32,565 nucleotides of DNA from a bacterium (GCA_046484135.1 JAWOBU010000120.1:1-32565); one strand, 5' to 3'. Positions 8,178 to 17,522 are shown, counted from the first letter of the stretch. The notes: generated by a model not told the origin, from the sequence alone. Made by a program: numbers and translations.

Positions 8178-9488
8178 ATGTTAGAAGAAGTACTGGAGAA
8201 CGTCCTGGGGTTCAGGCGCCCCCGATTCCCGCTAGCGACAAAGCCTTTACCAGTCACCACTTTTGAAATGCCCTCCATTTTGAGCTTCGCGCTTATAAGC
8301 TGCGACGGCAGGCCTTTCCAGGCGGAGGTGAAGGAGGGGGACGAGGTGGAAGCGGGCCAGGCCCTGGGCTCGGAAGCGGGCCGTGCCGCGGTCATCTGCC
8401 CGGTCAAGGGCAAGGTTACAGCCATTGTGCGGGGCGCGGACCTTCGGGGAGCCTCCCTGGCCCGGACGGTGCTCATAAACCCCGCGGCTGACACCTCGCC
8501 GGTAGCTTTCAATAACCTGGACCCGGACAAGGACTCCGCGGAGGAGCTGTGGAAGCGCATGGAGGAAGCGGGCGTCCTGACCGATTCTTTATGTCCCCGG
8601 CCGCTCTCGCAAGTCATCGGTCCGGAGTCTGGTATAGAGATTGACACGCTGGTGGTCCTGGCCGCGGACCGGGAGCCGGAGGTCAGCTCCACGCTGGCGC
8701 TTTTCCGGGAACGGAAGGGGGACATCTCCACAGCCGCACGGATGCTGGGCAGGATGTGCGGGGCGAACAAGGTGACGGTGGCAGTTCCCGCTCCTCTGGT
8801 GTCGGATGCCCGGAGCACTCTGTCCGGAACAGAGGTAGTATCCATTCCGGCTTCCTATCCGGAGACGCTGGAGCCCCTGGTCATCCAAAGGGTTAACGGC
8901 ACGCGAAGCACGAGGGTGATTGCGCTGGAGACGGCGCTGGCCGCCCTGGACGCGGTCCGTGAAGGCAAAGTCCCATCCCATAAAATGGTGTCCCTGATCT
9001 CGCCGGCGGGGAAAGGCAAGTCCAACTTGCGGGTCCCCTTGGGCACCCGGCTCCGGGACCTTTTCCAGGAGGCGGGGCTTTCCCCCCGCGACCGCGACAA
9101 GGTGATCGTCGGAGGACCGTTGCGGGGGTTTGCCCAGTACTCTCTGGACGCGTCCGTTGACCAGGGGGTGGACGCCTTTATGCTCATTCCCTCGGAAGAG
9201 ATCGAGACCTGGACCAACGAGCCGTGCGTAAACTGCGGGGCGTGTCTCAAGGTATGCCCGGTGAAGCTCCAGCCGGGCCTGCTCGGGAAATTCGGCGAGT
9301 TCGGGCTGTTCGACCGGGCCGAGGAGTTTTCGGTGGACAAATGTATAGAATGCGGTCTGTGCGCCGCTGTGTGCACGGGCAGGCGGCCCATTCTGCAATG
9401 GATACGGATGGCCAAAAACGAGCTTGCCAAGAAGAGGGCCTCGCAGGAGGTCGCCGAGACCGAGAAGTGCGAGACAGAAGAATCCTAG
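8178..9488 (+). CDS. rnfC: RnfC-like subunit with degenerate NADH/FMN-binding domain
   Basis: N-terminal sandwich (VKEGDEVEAGQ...PVKGKV), SLBB region (VPLGT...GGPLRG), two 4Fe-4S motifs CVNCGACLKVCP and CIECGLCAAVC; first gene of a CDGEAB run; GGAG RBS before ATG 8178. Confidence 0.85.
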   Translation: MLEEVLENVLGFRRPRFPLATKPLPVTTFEMPSILSFALISCDGRPFQAEVKEGDEVEAGQALGSEAGRAAVICPVKGKVTAIVRGADLRGASLARTVLINPAADTSPVAFNNLDPDKDSAEELWKRMEEAGVLTDSLCPRPLSQVIGPESGIEIDTLVVLAADREPEVSSTLALFRERKGDISTAARMLGRMCGANKVTVAVPAPLVSDARSTLSGTEVVSIPASYPETLEPLVIQRVNGTRSTRVIALETALAALDAVREGKVPSHKMVSLISPAGKGKSNLRVPLGTRLRDLFQEAGLSPRDRDKVIVGGPLRGFAQYSLDASVDQGVDAFMLIPSEEIETWTNEPCVNCGACLKVCPVKLQPGLLGKFGEFGLFDRAEEFSVDKCIECGLCAAVCTGRRPILQWIRMAKNELAKKRASQEVAETEKCETEES

Positions 9489-9541
9489 TGTCAAAGGAGC
9501 TTCCTTTGCAGTCATCTTTATATACCGGTGAGGGGGAGTAG

Positions 9542-10519
9542 ATGCCATCGGAATCGCCGTTATTTACTGTAGGCCCGCCGCCGCACTGGCGGAGCAAGGT
9601 GAGCGTGTCCAAGACGAACTATGCTTTCATCCTTGCTCTTCTTCCTGCGGCCTTGATCGGGGCCCTGTTGCAGTCGGTGGGCGCGGGCGGCCTTCCGGCG
9701 CTGGCGGAAGCGCCGGGAGTGAAGCTGGATATTGTTGCCGAGCTGATCAAGGAGCTGGGGGTCGAGGGCTGGCTGTTGGGTCTTGGTGGCTCGATCGGTC
9801 TTCTGGCACTTGGCGCGGGCGCCGGGCTGGTGGTCGAGTATATCGTGCAGGTCATTTTCCGGCAGCCCTATTATGCGACCAACGGGCACGGGGTGCTCAT
9901 GGGGATGTTGCTGGCCATGGTCATGCCTCCTACCGTGCCCTGGTGGGTCCTCTTTCTGGGGGTCGCCATAGCCATTGTCCTGGGGAAACAAATCTACGGA
10001 GGACTGGGCGGCTATCCCTTCCATCCCATGATCGTGGGCTGGCTCATCATCCTGCTCTCCTGGGGATACCACATCCGGCTGGTCGAGCATAACTCGATCG
10101 CGGCCATACACCCGGCAGTGGTTTTCTTCATCCTGATCGGAGGAGTGGCCCTGGTGGCGCTGGGACACGTAAGATGGGAGGTCCCCTTCGGGATCATTAT
10201 CGGAGTGCTGGCCTCATGGGCCTTGTTTAATCACCTGTACCCGGACAATCCCAAGGCGGGAAACCTGGTGGAAATCTTTACCACCACCCATGTCATCCTG
10301 GCCGCCTTTTTTATCGCCACCGACCAGACCAGCTCGCCCGCCAACAAGACGGGCATCTGGGTCTACGCCATCGGCATCGGAGTCCTGTACATGCTGATCC
10401 GGGTCTACGGCAAGTGGCAGGACCCGGTCCCCTTTGCCATCATCCTGATGAATATCCTGGCGCCGCTGGCGGACCGTATCCGGCCCAAGCCCAGAGAGGT
10501 GGTGATCCAGAATGGGTAA
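9542..10519 (+). CDS. rnfD: RnfD membrane subunit lacking the covalent-FMN loop
   Basis: PPHW N-terminus, PP.VPWW, GKQIYGGLG, ATD..SSP, LIRVYG, FAIILMN motifs. Confidence 0.9.
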   Translation: MPSESPLFTVGPPPHWRSKVSVSKTNYAFILALLPAALIGALLQSVGAGGLPALAEAPGVKLDIVAELIKELGVEGWLLGLGGSIGLLALGAGAGLVVEYIVQVIFRQPYYATNGHGVLMGMLLAMVMPPTVPWWVLFLGVAIAIVLGKQIYGGLGGYPFHPMIVGWLIILLSWGYHIRLVEHNSIAAIHPAVVFFILIGGVALVALGHVRWEVPFGIIIGVLASWALFNHLYPDNPKAGNLVEIFTTTHVILAAFFIATDQTSSPANKTGIWVYAIGIGVLYMLIRVYGKWQDPVPFAIILMNILAPLADRIRPKPREVVIQNG

Positions 10520-11117
10520 GTTCATCAAGATGATCGCGGTGCTGGCCTGCATCACCTTGGCGAGCGGGATGTCCCTGGGCGCACTCAACTATGTCACCGA
10601 GGAGCGGATCATAAGGAACCGGCTGGAGATGACCAAGGTCCCCCGCGTTATAGACATCATGGAGATCAAGCAGGGGGAGTTTGAAAAGGACAAGAGGAAC
10701 CGGATAAAGGAGAAGCTCCTGGAGAGCTACCAGAACATAGAGATCGAAGGCAAGACTTACAACCTGTTCACCGGCCGGGACGAGTCCGGCGAGGTTTACA
10801 TGGTGGCTTTCGAGACCAGGGGCGAAGGCGGCTACGGCGGCGAGGTCGGCGTGATGGTGGGCTTCAACGTCAAAGAAGGCCGGCTGGAGGGAGTAGGGTT
10901 TACCTCCCACAAAGAGACTCTTTTGGAGCCCTCCTTTACCGAGGAGTTCAAAAAGCGGGGCCTGGACACCAACTTCAAGCCGGACAAAGGCGGGGGAGAC
11001 ATTGACGGCATCACGGGCGCGACCAAGTCCGGCGTCGCGGTCTGCCACGCCGTGAGAAAGGCGGTCAGAATTTACAAGGAGCACGAACAAGAGATCCTGC
11101 AAAAGATAAAACAGTAG
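10512..11117 (+). CDS. rnfG: RnfG, periplasmic FMN-binding subunit
   Basis: N-terminal TM helix, GYGG, HKET, and the DGITGATKS covalent flavinylation motif. Confidence 0.9.
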   Translation: MGKFIKMIAVLACITLASGMSLGALNYVTEERIIRNRLEMTKVPRVIDIMEIKQGEFEKDKRNRIKEKLLESYQNIEIEGKTYNLFTGRDESGEVYMVAFETRGEGGYGGEVGVMVGFNVKEGRLEGVGFTSHKETLLEPSFTEEFKKRGLDTNFKPDKGGGDIDGITGATKSGVAVCHAVRKAVRIYKEHEQEILQKIKQ

Positions 11118-11136
11118 CCGGGAGGCTTTAGGAAAG

Positions 11137-11730
11137 ATGAGTGCAGCGGCAATCAAGAAGGAGTTTGTAAAGGGCCTGTGGACGGACATCCCGCCGTTCC
11201 GATTCGTGCTGGGTCTTTGTCCGACCCTGGGTGTTACCGACACCATGTTCAAGGGTTTCGGCATGGGGGCGGCCACCCTGGCTGTGCTGGTTTGTTCGAA
11301 CCTGATTATCTCGCTTCTCCGGAAAGTGATCCCGGACGAGGTCCGGGTGGCGTCTTACATTGTAGTTATAGCGAGCTTCGTGGTCTGCACGGAGATGGTA
11401 ATGGAGGCCTTTGCGTACGATCTTTTCCAGAGCCTGGGCATTTTCATTCCCCTGATCGTGGTGAACTGCCTCATTCTGGGGCGGGCCGAGTCTTTTGCCA
11501 AGAAGAACGGTCCGGTGCTGTCGGTGGTGGACGGTCTGGGAATGGGCATCGGTTTCACCCTGTCGTTGACTGCGCTGGGAGCCGTCCGGGAGATACTGGG
11601 TAAAGGCATCATTCCGTTTACCGACATCCAGGTGCTCTCCGAGCCTTTCGAGTTCTTCCAGCAAGCGCCCGGCGCGTTTGTGGCACTCGGTCTCATGCTC
11701 GGGATCATGAACCTGTTGGGCAAGAAGTAA
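11137..11730 (+). CDS. rnfE: RnfE membrane subunit
   Basis: LGLCPTL, IPLIVVNCLILGRAE, REILG and PGAF motifs. Confidence 0.95.
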   Translation: MSAAAIKKEFVKGLWTDIPPFRFVLGLCPTLGVTDTMFKGFGMGAATLAVLVCSNLIISLLRKVIPDEVRVASYIVVIASFVVCTEMVMEAFAYDLFQSLGIFIPLIVVNCLILGRAESFAKKNGPVLSVVDGLGMGIGFTLSLTALGAVREILGKGIIPFTDIQVLSEPFEFFQQAPGAFVALGLMLGIMNLLGKK

Positions 11731-11742
11731 GGAGGAGCAGCC

Positions 11743-12330
11743 ATGGAATCGCAAGTGCAACATTACTTCGAGCTGATCATAATCGCCATATTTATTAACA
11801 ACATCCTTCTTCAACGCTTCCTGGGGACTTGTCCCTTTATGGGAGTGTCCAAGAAGATGGACACCGCGGTGGGCATGTCCCTGGCGGTGGTGTTCGTGCT
11901 CACTCTCGCGGCTTTCATCACCTACGGAGTAAGACAAATCCTGGTGATGGCAAACATCGAATACATCCAGACCCTGGCTTTCATACTGGTGATCGCTTCT
12001 CTGGTCCAGTTCGTGGAGATGTTTCTGAGGAAAAGTGTTCCGGCGCTGTATAAATCTCTAGGCATATTTCTGCCGCTTATTACCACCAACTGTGCGGTCC
12101 TGGGAGCGTGCATCTACAACATCGAGCAGGACTTGAACTTAGTGGACGCCATGGTCATGGCTTTTGCTTCCGCCCTCGGGTTCGGGCTGGCCCTGGTTTT
12201 GTTTGCGGGCATAAGGGAAAAGTTCGAGACAGCCCGGATACCCGCTCCCATGCAGGGAACCGGCATCGGCCTGGTTACCGCGGGCATCATCGCCCTGTCC
12301 TTTTACGCCTTCAAGGGCATGATAGGATAA
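11743..12330 (+). CDS. rnfA: RnfA membrane subunit
   Basis: NNILL..FLGTCPF.GVS, LVQFVE and LPLITTNCAVLG motifs. Confidence 0.95.
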   Translation: MESQVQHYFELIIIAIFINNILLQRFLGTCPFMGVSKKMDTAVGMSLAVVFVLTLAAFITYGVRQILVMANIEYIQTLAFILVIASLVQFVEMFLRKSVPALYKSLGIFLPLITTNCAVLGACIYNIEQDLNLVDAMVMAFASALGFGLALVLFAGIREKFETARIPAPMQGTGIGLVTAGIIALSFYAFKGMIG

Positions 12331-12377
12331 AGGGACATAAAAACTGCTCTTCTTTTAGAAGTTAAGAGAGGTGGAGT

Positions 12378-14561
12378 ATGGAATCGTTGTTCTCCTCCAT
12401 AACCGAAAATTACCCCTGGCTCATGCCCGGCCTGATAATGCTCATGCTCGGCTTGGTGGCTGCACTGGTGCTGGCGGTGGCCTCCAAGGTCTTCTACGTG
12501 TGGGTGGACCCGCGGGTCACCGCGGTGGAGGACGCCCTGCCGGGAGCCAACTGCGGGGGATGCGGGTTCACCGGCTGCGGCGCCTGTGCTGAAGCCATTG
12601 TGGCAGGGACCGCCCCCCCCAACGTCTGCGTGGCCGGCGGCGCAGACACCGCCCGGCAGGTGGCCGAGGCCATGGGCGTGGAAGTCGGGTTTGTCGAGCC
12701 CAAGATCGCGGAGCATTACTGTGAAGGGGGAGAACGGGCCCCCCGCAAGTATCACTATGACGGGGCCATGGACTGCCGCGCCGCGGCCCGGCTTTTCGGC
12801 GGCGACCTGTTGTGCAGGCACGGCTGCCTGGGACTGGGCACTTGCGTGGAGGCATGTCCCTTTGACGCACTGTCCATGAGCGACCAGGGCGTGCCCGTGG
12901 TGGACCCGGAAAAGTGCGTTGGATGCGGGACCTGCGAAAAGGTCTGTCCCATGGGAGTGATCGAGCTGTGGGCCCTCTCCGACCGGCTTCTTCATTTCAA
13001 TCGCGTGGACGAATGCCTGGCGCCCTGCCGGCAACTCTGCCCCGCCCAGATAAACATTCCCGCTTACGTGGAGCTGGCCGCGGAGGGTAAGTACCAGGAA
13101 GCGGTGAACGTGATAAAGGAGAGAAACCCCCTGCCCCTGGTGTGCGGAAGGGTCTGCCCCGCGCCCTGCGAAGAGGGCTGCCGCAGGGTAGCCATCGAGG
13201 ACGAGCCGGTCCACCACAACTACATAAAAAGGTTCGTGGCCGACTTCGAGATGTCGCTGCCGGAGCGGGAGAAGCCCTCCACCCTGCCGGACACCGGCAA
13301 AAAGGTGGCCATCGTGGGAGGCGGTCCATCCGGTCTTACCGCGGCGTTTTATCTTCGCAGGCTCGGACACTCGCCCACCGTCTTCGACTCGAAGCCCGCG
13401 TTCGGAGGCATGTTAAGATACGGCATCCCCGAGTACCGGCTTCCCAAGAAGATACTCGACTTCGAGATCCAGGAGATACTGGAGCTGGGAGTAGAGGCCA
13501 GGTACAACCAGAAGATGGGGCAGGACATCACCATCGAGTCCCTGGAAAAGGAGTACGATGTTATCTACCTCGCCATGGGCGCATGGGACAACTCGTCGTT
13601 GCGGGCGGAAGGCGAGGACCTGGACGGGGTGTGGAAAGGGACCGAGTTCCTGCAGAAGCGGGAGCTGGGAATCAACATAGACTTGACCGGCAAGAAGGTG
13701 GTGGTGGTTGGAGGCGGCAACACGGCCATGGACGCCTGCCGGAGCTCGTTGCGCATGGGTGCGGAAGAGGTGACCCTGCTCTACCGCCGGACCCGGGCGG
13801 AGATGCCTGCGAATCAGGTGGAGATAGTGGCGGCTGAAGAGGAAGGGGTCCACTATCACTTCCTGGCCGCTCCCACCCGCGTGATAGGCGAGCAGGGCCG
13901 GGTCAAGCAGCTCGAGTACCGGGAGATGGAACTGGGCGAGCCGGACGCGTCCGGCAGGCGCCGTCCCGTGCCCATCGAAGGCTCGGAGACGGTGATGGAC
14001 GTGGACGTGGTTATCGCGGCCATCGGCCAGAAGCCGCTTGCGGACTGGGTTACCGAGGACCTCAGAGAACGCGGCCTGGAGACGACCAAGTGGAACTCCA
14101 TAGTGGCGGACGAGGCCACCCTTCAGACCGGGATCCCCCATGTGTTCGTGGGAGGGGACCTCTACACCGGCCCGGCCCTGGTGGTGGACGGCATTGGCGC
14201 GGGAAGGCGCGCGGCCCGGTCCATCCACCTGTATCTTAAAGGCGAAGACATCTCCTTTCCGGAGAACGTCATGTTTACGCCCGCGGTGGTGGAGGACACC
14301 TACGAATGCCAGGTGGAAGGAGTATGCAAGCGGCCCAAAATGCCTCAGCCCGAGCTGCCGGCAAAAGAGAGGACCAAGAGCTTCGAGGAGGTGGACCTTC
14401 CTTTGTCAGAGGAGCTCATGAAGGCGGAAGCGGCCCGCTGCTTGAGATGCGGCACTATCTGTTACTGGACGGACGAGCAGAGAAAAGAGTTCCAGGACCG
14501 GCAGAAAAAGAAAGCGCCTCTCGAGCAGCTCTCGGAAATCCTGTCCCACTCGCCCGGCTGA
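12378..14561 (+). CDS. rnfB: RnfB fused to a GltD/NfnB/SudA-type FAD- and NAD(P)H-binding oxidoreductase
   Basis: TM anchor; LPGANCGGCG..GC; CLGLGTCVEACP; CVGCGTCEKVCP; then PCRQLCP, CGRVCPAPCE, GGGPSG, GGMLRYGIP.YRL, GGGNTAMD, YRRT..EMPA and EA.RCLRC. Confidence 0.92.
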   Translation: MESLFSSITENYPWLMPGLIMLMLGLVAALVLAVASKVFYVWVDPRVTAVEDALPGANCGGCGFTGCGACAEAIVAGTAPPNVCVAGGADTARQVAEAMGVEVGFVEPKIAEHYCEGGERAPRKYHYDGAMDCRAAARLFGGDLLCRHGCLGLGTCVEACPFDALSMSDQGVPVVDPEKCVGCGTCEKVCPMGVIELWALSDRLLHFNRVDECLAPCRQLCPAQINIPAYVELAAEGKYQEAVNVIKERNPLPLVCGRVCPAPCEEGCRRVAIEDEPVHHNYIKRFVADFEMSLPEREKPSTLPDTGKKVAIVGGGPSGLTAAFYLRRLGHSPTVFDSKPAFGGMLRYGIPEYRLPKKILDFEIQEILELGVEARYNQKMGQDITIESLEKEYDVIYLAMGAWDNSSLRAEGEDLDGVWKGTEFLQKRELGINIDLTGKKVVVVGGGNTAMDACRSSLRMGAEEVTLLYRRTRAEMPANQVEIVAAEEEGVHYHFLAAPTRVIGEQGRVKQLEYREMELGEPDASGRRRPVPIEGSETVMDVDVVIAAIGQKPLADWVTEDLRERGLETTKWNSIVADEATLQTGIPHVFVGGDLYTGPALVVDGIGAGRRAARSIHLYLKGEDISFPENVMFTPAVVEDTYECQVEGVCKRPKMPQPELPAKERTKSFEEVDLPLSEELMKAEAARCLRCGTICYWTDEQRKEFQDRQKKKAPLEQLSEILSHSPG

Positions 14562-14589
14562 GGGCAGGGGAGGTAAAGTATCAAGGAAT

Positions 14590-15048
14590 TCAGGAGACGT
14601 GATCGCAGGTGTCGCGGGTGATGCGCAGGATGTCGGGAGTGAGGCGGTGGTCGCGGCCGAAGTACCTGTCATAGGCCATCACCGGCGCAAAGAAAATGAT
14701 AAGACCGGCGATTCCGAAGATAAAAGCGGCAACGTCGGGGGAGAGCGAAAAGCTCTCATAGAGGTTGGCGCCGGTAATGGCGCCGATGATTAAACCGGCG
14801 AGAGGGACGGCCCAGATGAGCAAGGACAGCTTCAATTCGGTGTGGCCCGGGAGGTCGAACTCGACCACGTCGCCTCGTTTGGCGCCGATGGGGTTGTTGG
14901 CCCGGACCTTCTCGGGTACGTCTTTGCCCAGCGCGCCCTCGAGGGAGCACGAGGACTTATGCCCGCACTCGGCGCATACTCCCCGCCGGGAGGTCTCGAT
15001 AACGGCCTGGCCGCCCGTGGTTTCGACAATAATACCGATGCGGGGCAT
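14590..15048 (-). CDS. rseC: RseC/MucC-family membrane protein
   Basis: R...C..C.....C motif, A.N..GA..GD.V, two C-terminal TM helices; adjacent to rnf. Confidence 0.85.
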   Translation of the reverse strand: MPRIGIIVETTGGQAVIETSRRGVCAECGHKSSCSLEGALGKDVPEKVRANNPIGAKRGDVVEFDLPGHTELKLSLLIWAVPLAGLIIGAITGANLYESFSLSPDVAAFIFGIAGLIIFFAPVMAYDRYFGRDHRLTPDILRITRDTCDHVS

Positions 15049-15089
15049 GAGGATTCACCCGTTCATAAAAGAATAACCTTTAAAAAGGA

Positions 15090-16592
15090 ATGGTAGCAGT
15101 GAAGGGCAGGAAAATCAAAGTAAGCAGGCTTTTTGTGGTGGCGCTGGTCATGGTGGTCCTGGGCGTTTTCGGGATGCTTTTCCGGCCGGCCGGAAAACAG
15201 GACCAGGTCTTGGCCGCACGGTTCGGGGACGTGGTATGGAACCACGAGCTTCACTCTCATCTTGAGGGTGTAAAGTGCATAACCTGTCATCACCGTTATG
15301 GTAAGGATGAGGAGGACCTGCTCAAAGAAGGCGTCATAAAGCCGGTGTCCTGCCTGGAGTGCCACGAGCCGGAGGCCCACTCCGATTTTCTGGTCCTGAA
15401 AGACGTGTACATGGAAGATACTGTGAAGACGGAGGGCGGCAACGATGTCCCCTCCGCCCGGGTGGCCTTTCACAACAAGTGCATCAACTGCCACAACGCC
15501 GAAAGCGAGGGCCCGGTGGCATGTTATGACTGCCACGAACAAAGCTTCTCCGGCAGGATGGGAAGGGTGGCCTGGAGCCATCGCGTCCACTCCCGCAAGA
15601 TGGGCGAAGACTGCACAAGCTGCCACCACCAGGACACGGACGCCGAATGGGCGGGCGAATACACAAACTGCCGCGAGTGCCACGAGCACGGCGAGGCTAT
15701 GGGCGTGTTCTGGGAGTCGAACATCAAGGACCACGGGAACGTAAAACACGGCGAATGCGGCGAATGCCATACCATCGAGAACCCGGAAAAAGGTGTCCGC
15801 TCCTGCGGCGAGTGTCACGACTCTGCCGAAATGGCAGGCAGGGAAGGCGCGCCTTCTCTCGAGTATGCGGTGCACTACCGCTGCATGGACTGCCACCGGG
15901 ACGAAAACCCGGACCTGCCCCGGCCGGCACCCGACGAGTGCGCCGAGTGCCACAGCCGGTCGCCATCCTTCCTGGAAGGGTCCACCATGGGAACGGTACT
16001 ATGGAGCCATACCCGGCACAACACCTTCACTCCCTGGACCTGCAACAAGTGCCATCACACCGCTGGAAGAGAAGAGTCGCTTCAACTGGCCTGCGACAGG
16101 TGCCACGGCAAAGAGGACTTTTCCGAGGCCGGGACTCTGGAAAACGCCATGCACCAGAACTGCGGCGAGTGCCACCGCCAAAAAGGCGCCGGGCCGGACC
16201 CGGAAACCGACTGCATGAGATGCCACAGCGAGAACCCGCAGTTAGGGCTCATGTTCTGGGACGGAAAAGAGGGCCCGGTATGGTGGGACCATCGAAGGCA
16301 CGCGGAGAACATGAACTTCTCCTGCCGGGAATGCCATCACAACACCATTGTCGAGCAGGGCTTACCGGTGATATGCGAGGACCTGCCCGACTGTCCGCCC
16401 GAGCTCATCGAGCCGCAGCCTTGCGCCAACTGCCATCCTTTGAGCGAGGAACAGGGACAGATGGCGGGAGGACAGATGATGGAGATGGACGCTCCGCCTC
16501 TGGGGGAGGCCGTGCATGCCTCCTGCATAGAATGCCACCGCAGGATGGGCTCAGGGCCGATAAAATGCGAAGAATGCCATGTTAAGCAGTAG
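15090..16592 (+). CDS. Membrane-anchored 18-heme cytochrome c3-family protein (HmcA-like)
   Basis: 18 CxxCH counted, in four c3-type domains (4+6+4+4), each opening with G.V.W.H..H; N-terminal basic/hydrophobic anchor. Start may be GTG 15099. Confidence 0.9.
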   Translation: MVAVKGRKIKVSRLFVVALVMVVLGVFGMLFRPAGKQDQVLAARFGDVVWNHELHSHLEGVKCITCHHRYGKDEEDLLKEGVIKPVSCLECHEPEAHSDFLVLKDVYMEDTVKTEGGNDVPSARVAFHNKCINCHNAESEGPVACYDCHEQSFSGRMGRVAWSHRVHSRKMGEDCTSCHHQDTDAEWAGEYTNCRECHEHGEAMGVFWESNIKDHGNVKHGECGECHTIENPEKGVRSCGECHDSAEMAGREGAPSLEYAVHYRCMDCHRDENPDLPRPAPDECAECHSRSPSFLEGSTMGTVLWSHTRHNTFTPWTCNKCHHTAGREESLQLACDRCHGKEDFSEAGTLENAMHQNCGECHRQKGAGPDPETDCMRCHSENPQLGLMFWDGKEGPVWWDHRRHAENMNFSCRECHHNTIVEQGLPVICEDLPDCPPELIEPQPCANCHPLSEEQGQMAGGQMMEMDAPPLGEAVHASCIECHRRMGSGPIKCEECHVKQ

Positions 16593-16622
16593 CCTGGAAT
16601 CAGATAAAAAGGAGTGTCCGGA

Positions 16623-17522
16623 ATGAGCGGCGCCAAGCCCGATAAAAAGGCGACAATGAAAGGCATCCTCACCGATGTAACCAAGTGCATCGGATGCGAG
16701 CGGTGCGTCGAAGCCTGCGCGAACGTAAACGACCTTCCCACCGACCTGCCCGCCAAGAACCACCGGAAAGACGGGCTGTCGGGCCGGAGGCTGACCTCGA
16801 TCCTGCCGCTTCACAACGGCGAGGTCAAGGCCAGAAAGCAGTGCCTGCATTGCCTGGACCCGACCTGCGCCTCCGCCTGCCTGGTGGGGGCTTTTTACAA
16901 ACGCGAGGACGGGCCGGTGATCTACGACGCTCACAAGTGCATCGGTTGCCGCTACTGCATGATCGCCTGCCCTTTCAGCATCCCGCGCTATGAATGGTCC
17001 GAGCCTCTCCCTTATATCAGCAAATGCAAGATGAATGAGGAATGCCGCGTGGAGGGGGACGTTCCCGCCTGCGTGGCAGCCTGTCCCACCGGGGCCACCA
17101 TCTTCGGCGAACGGGAAGAGCTCCTCGAGGAGGCCCGCCGCCGCATCCGGGAGAACCCGGACCGGTACCTGGACCATATCTACGGCGAACACGAGTTCGG
17201 GGGGACCTCGGTGCTTTACCTGACCGGCAAGAATCGGCCCTTGACCGAGCTCGGGTTCCCCACCCCCGAGCAGTTCAAAAAGCGGGCGGTGGCGGAGCTC
17301 GAGAAAAATTCCATCCCCCACATGAACCACAGATGGGTCATGGTAACGCCGGTGCAGTTCTTTACCGTGTTCGCAGGACTGTTCGGAGTATGGGCCATAA
17401 GGAGGCGGCAGAAGCTTTCCGGGCCTCCGGACCGGGGAGAGTCCGACACCGACGCCGTGGGCTTCGACGAAGTCTGCCATACCGAGCCCTCGGATGACCG
17501 GGGCGACAAGGAGGGCGAGTAA
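16623..17522 (+). CDS. HmcB/HybA-like 4Fe-4S protein with C-terminal TM helix
   Basis: CIGCERCVEAC, CLHCLDPTCASAC, CIGCRYCMIACP, KC...C...PACVAACP, IYGEHEFGGTS; AAGGAG RBS before ATG 16623. Confidence 0.9.
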   Translation: MSGAKPDKKATMKGILTDVTKCIGCERCVEACANVNDLPTDLPAKNHRKDGLSGRRLTSILPLHNGEVKARKQCLHCLDPTCASACLVGAFYKREDGPVIYDAHKCIGCRYCMIACPFSIPRYEWSEPLPYISKCKMNEECRVEGDVPACVAACPTGATIFGEREELLEEARRRIRENPDRYLDHIYGEHEFGGTSVLYLTGKNRPLTELGFPTPEQFKKRAVAELEKNSIPHMNHRWVMVTPVQFFTVFAGLFGVWAIRRRQKLSGPPDRGESDTDAVGFDEVCHTEPSDDRGDKEGE

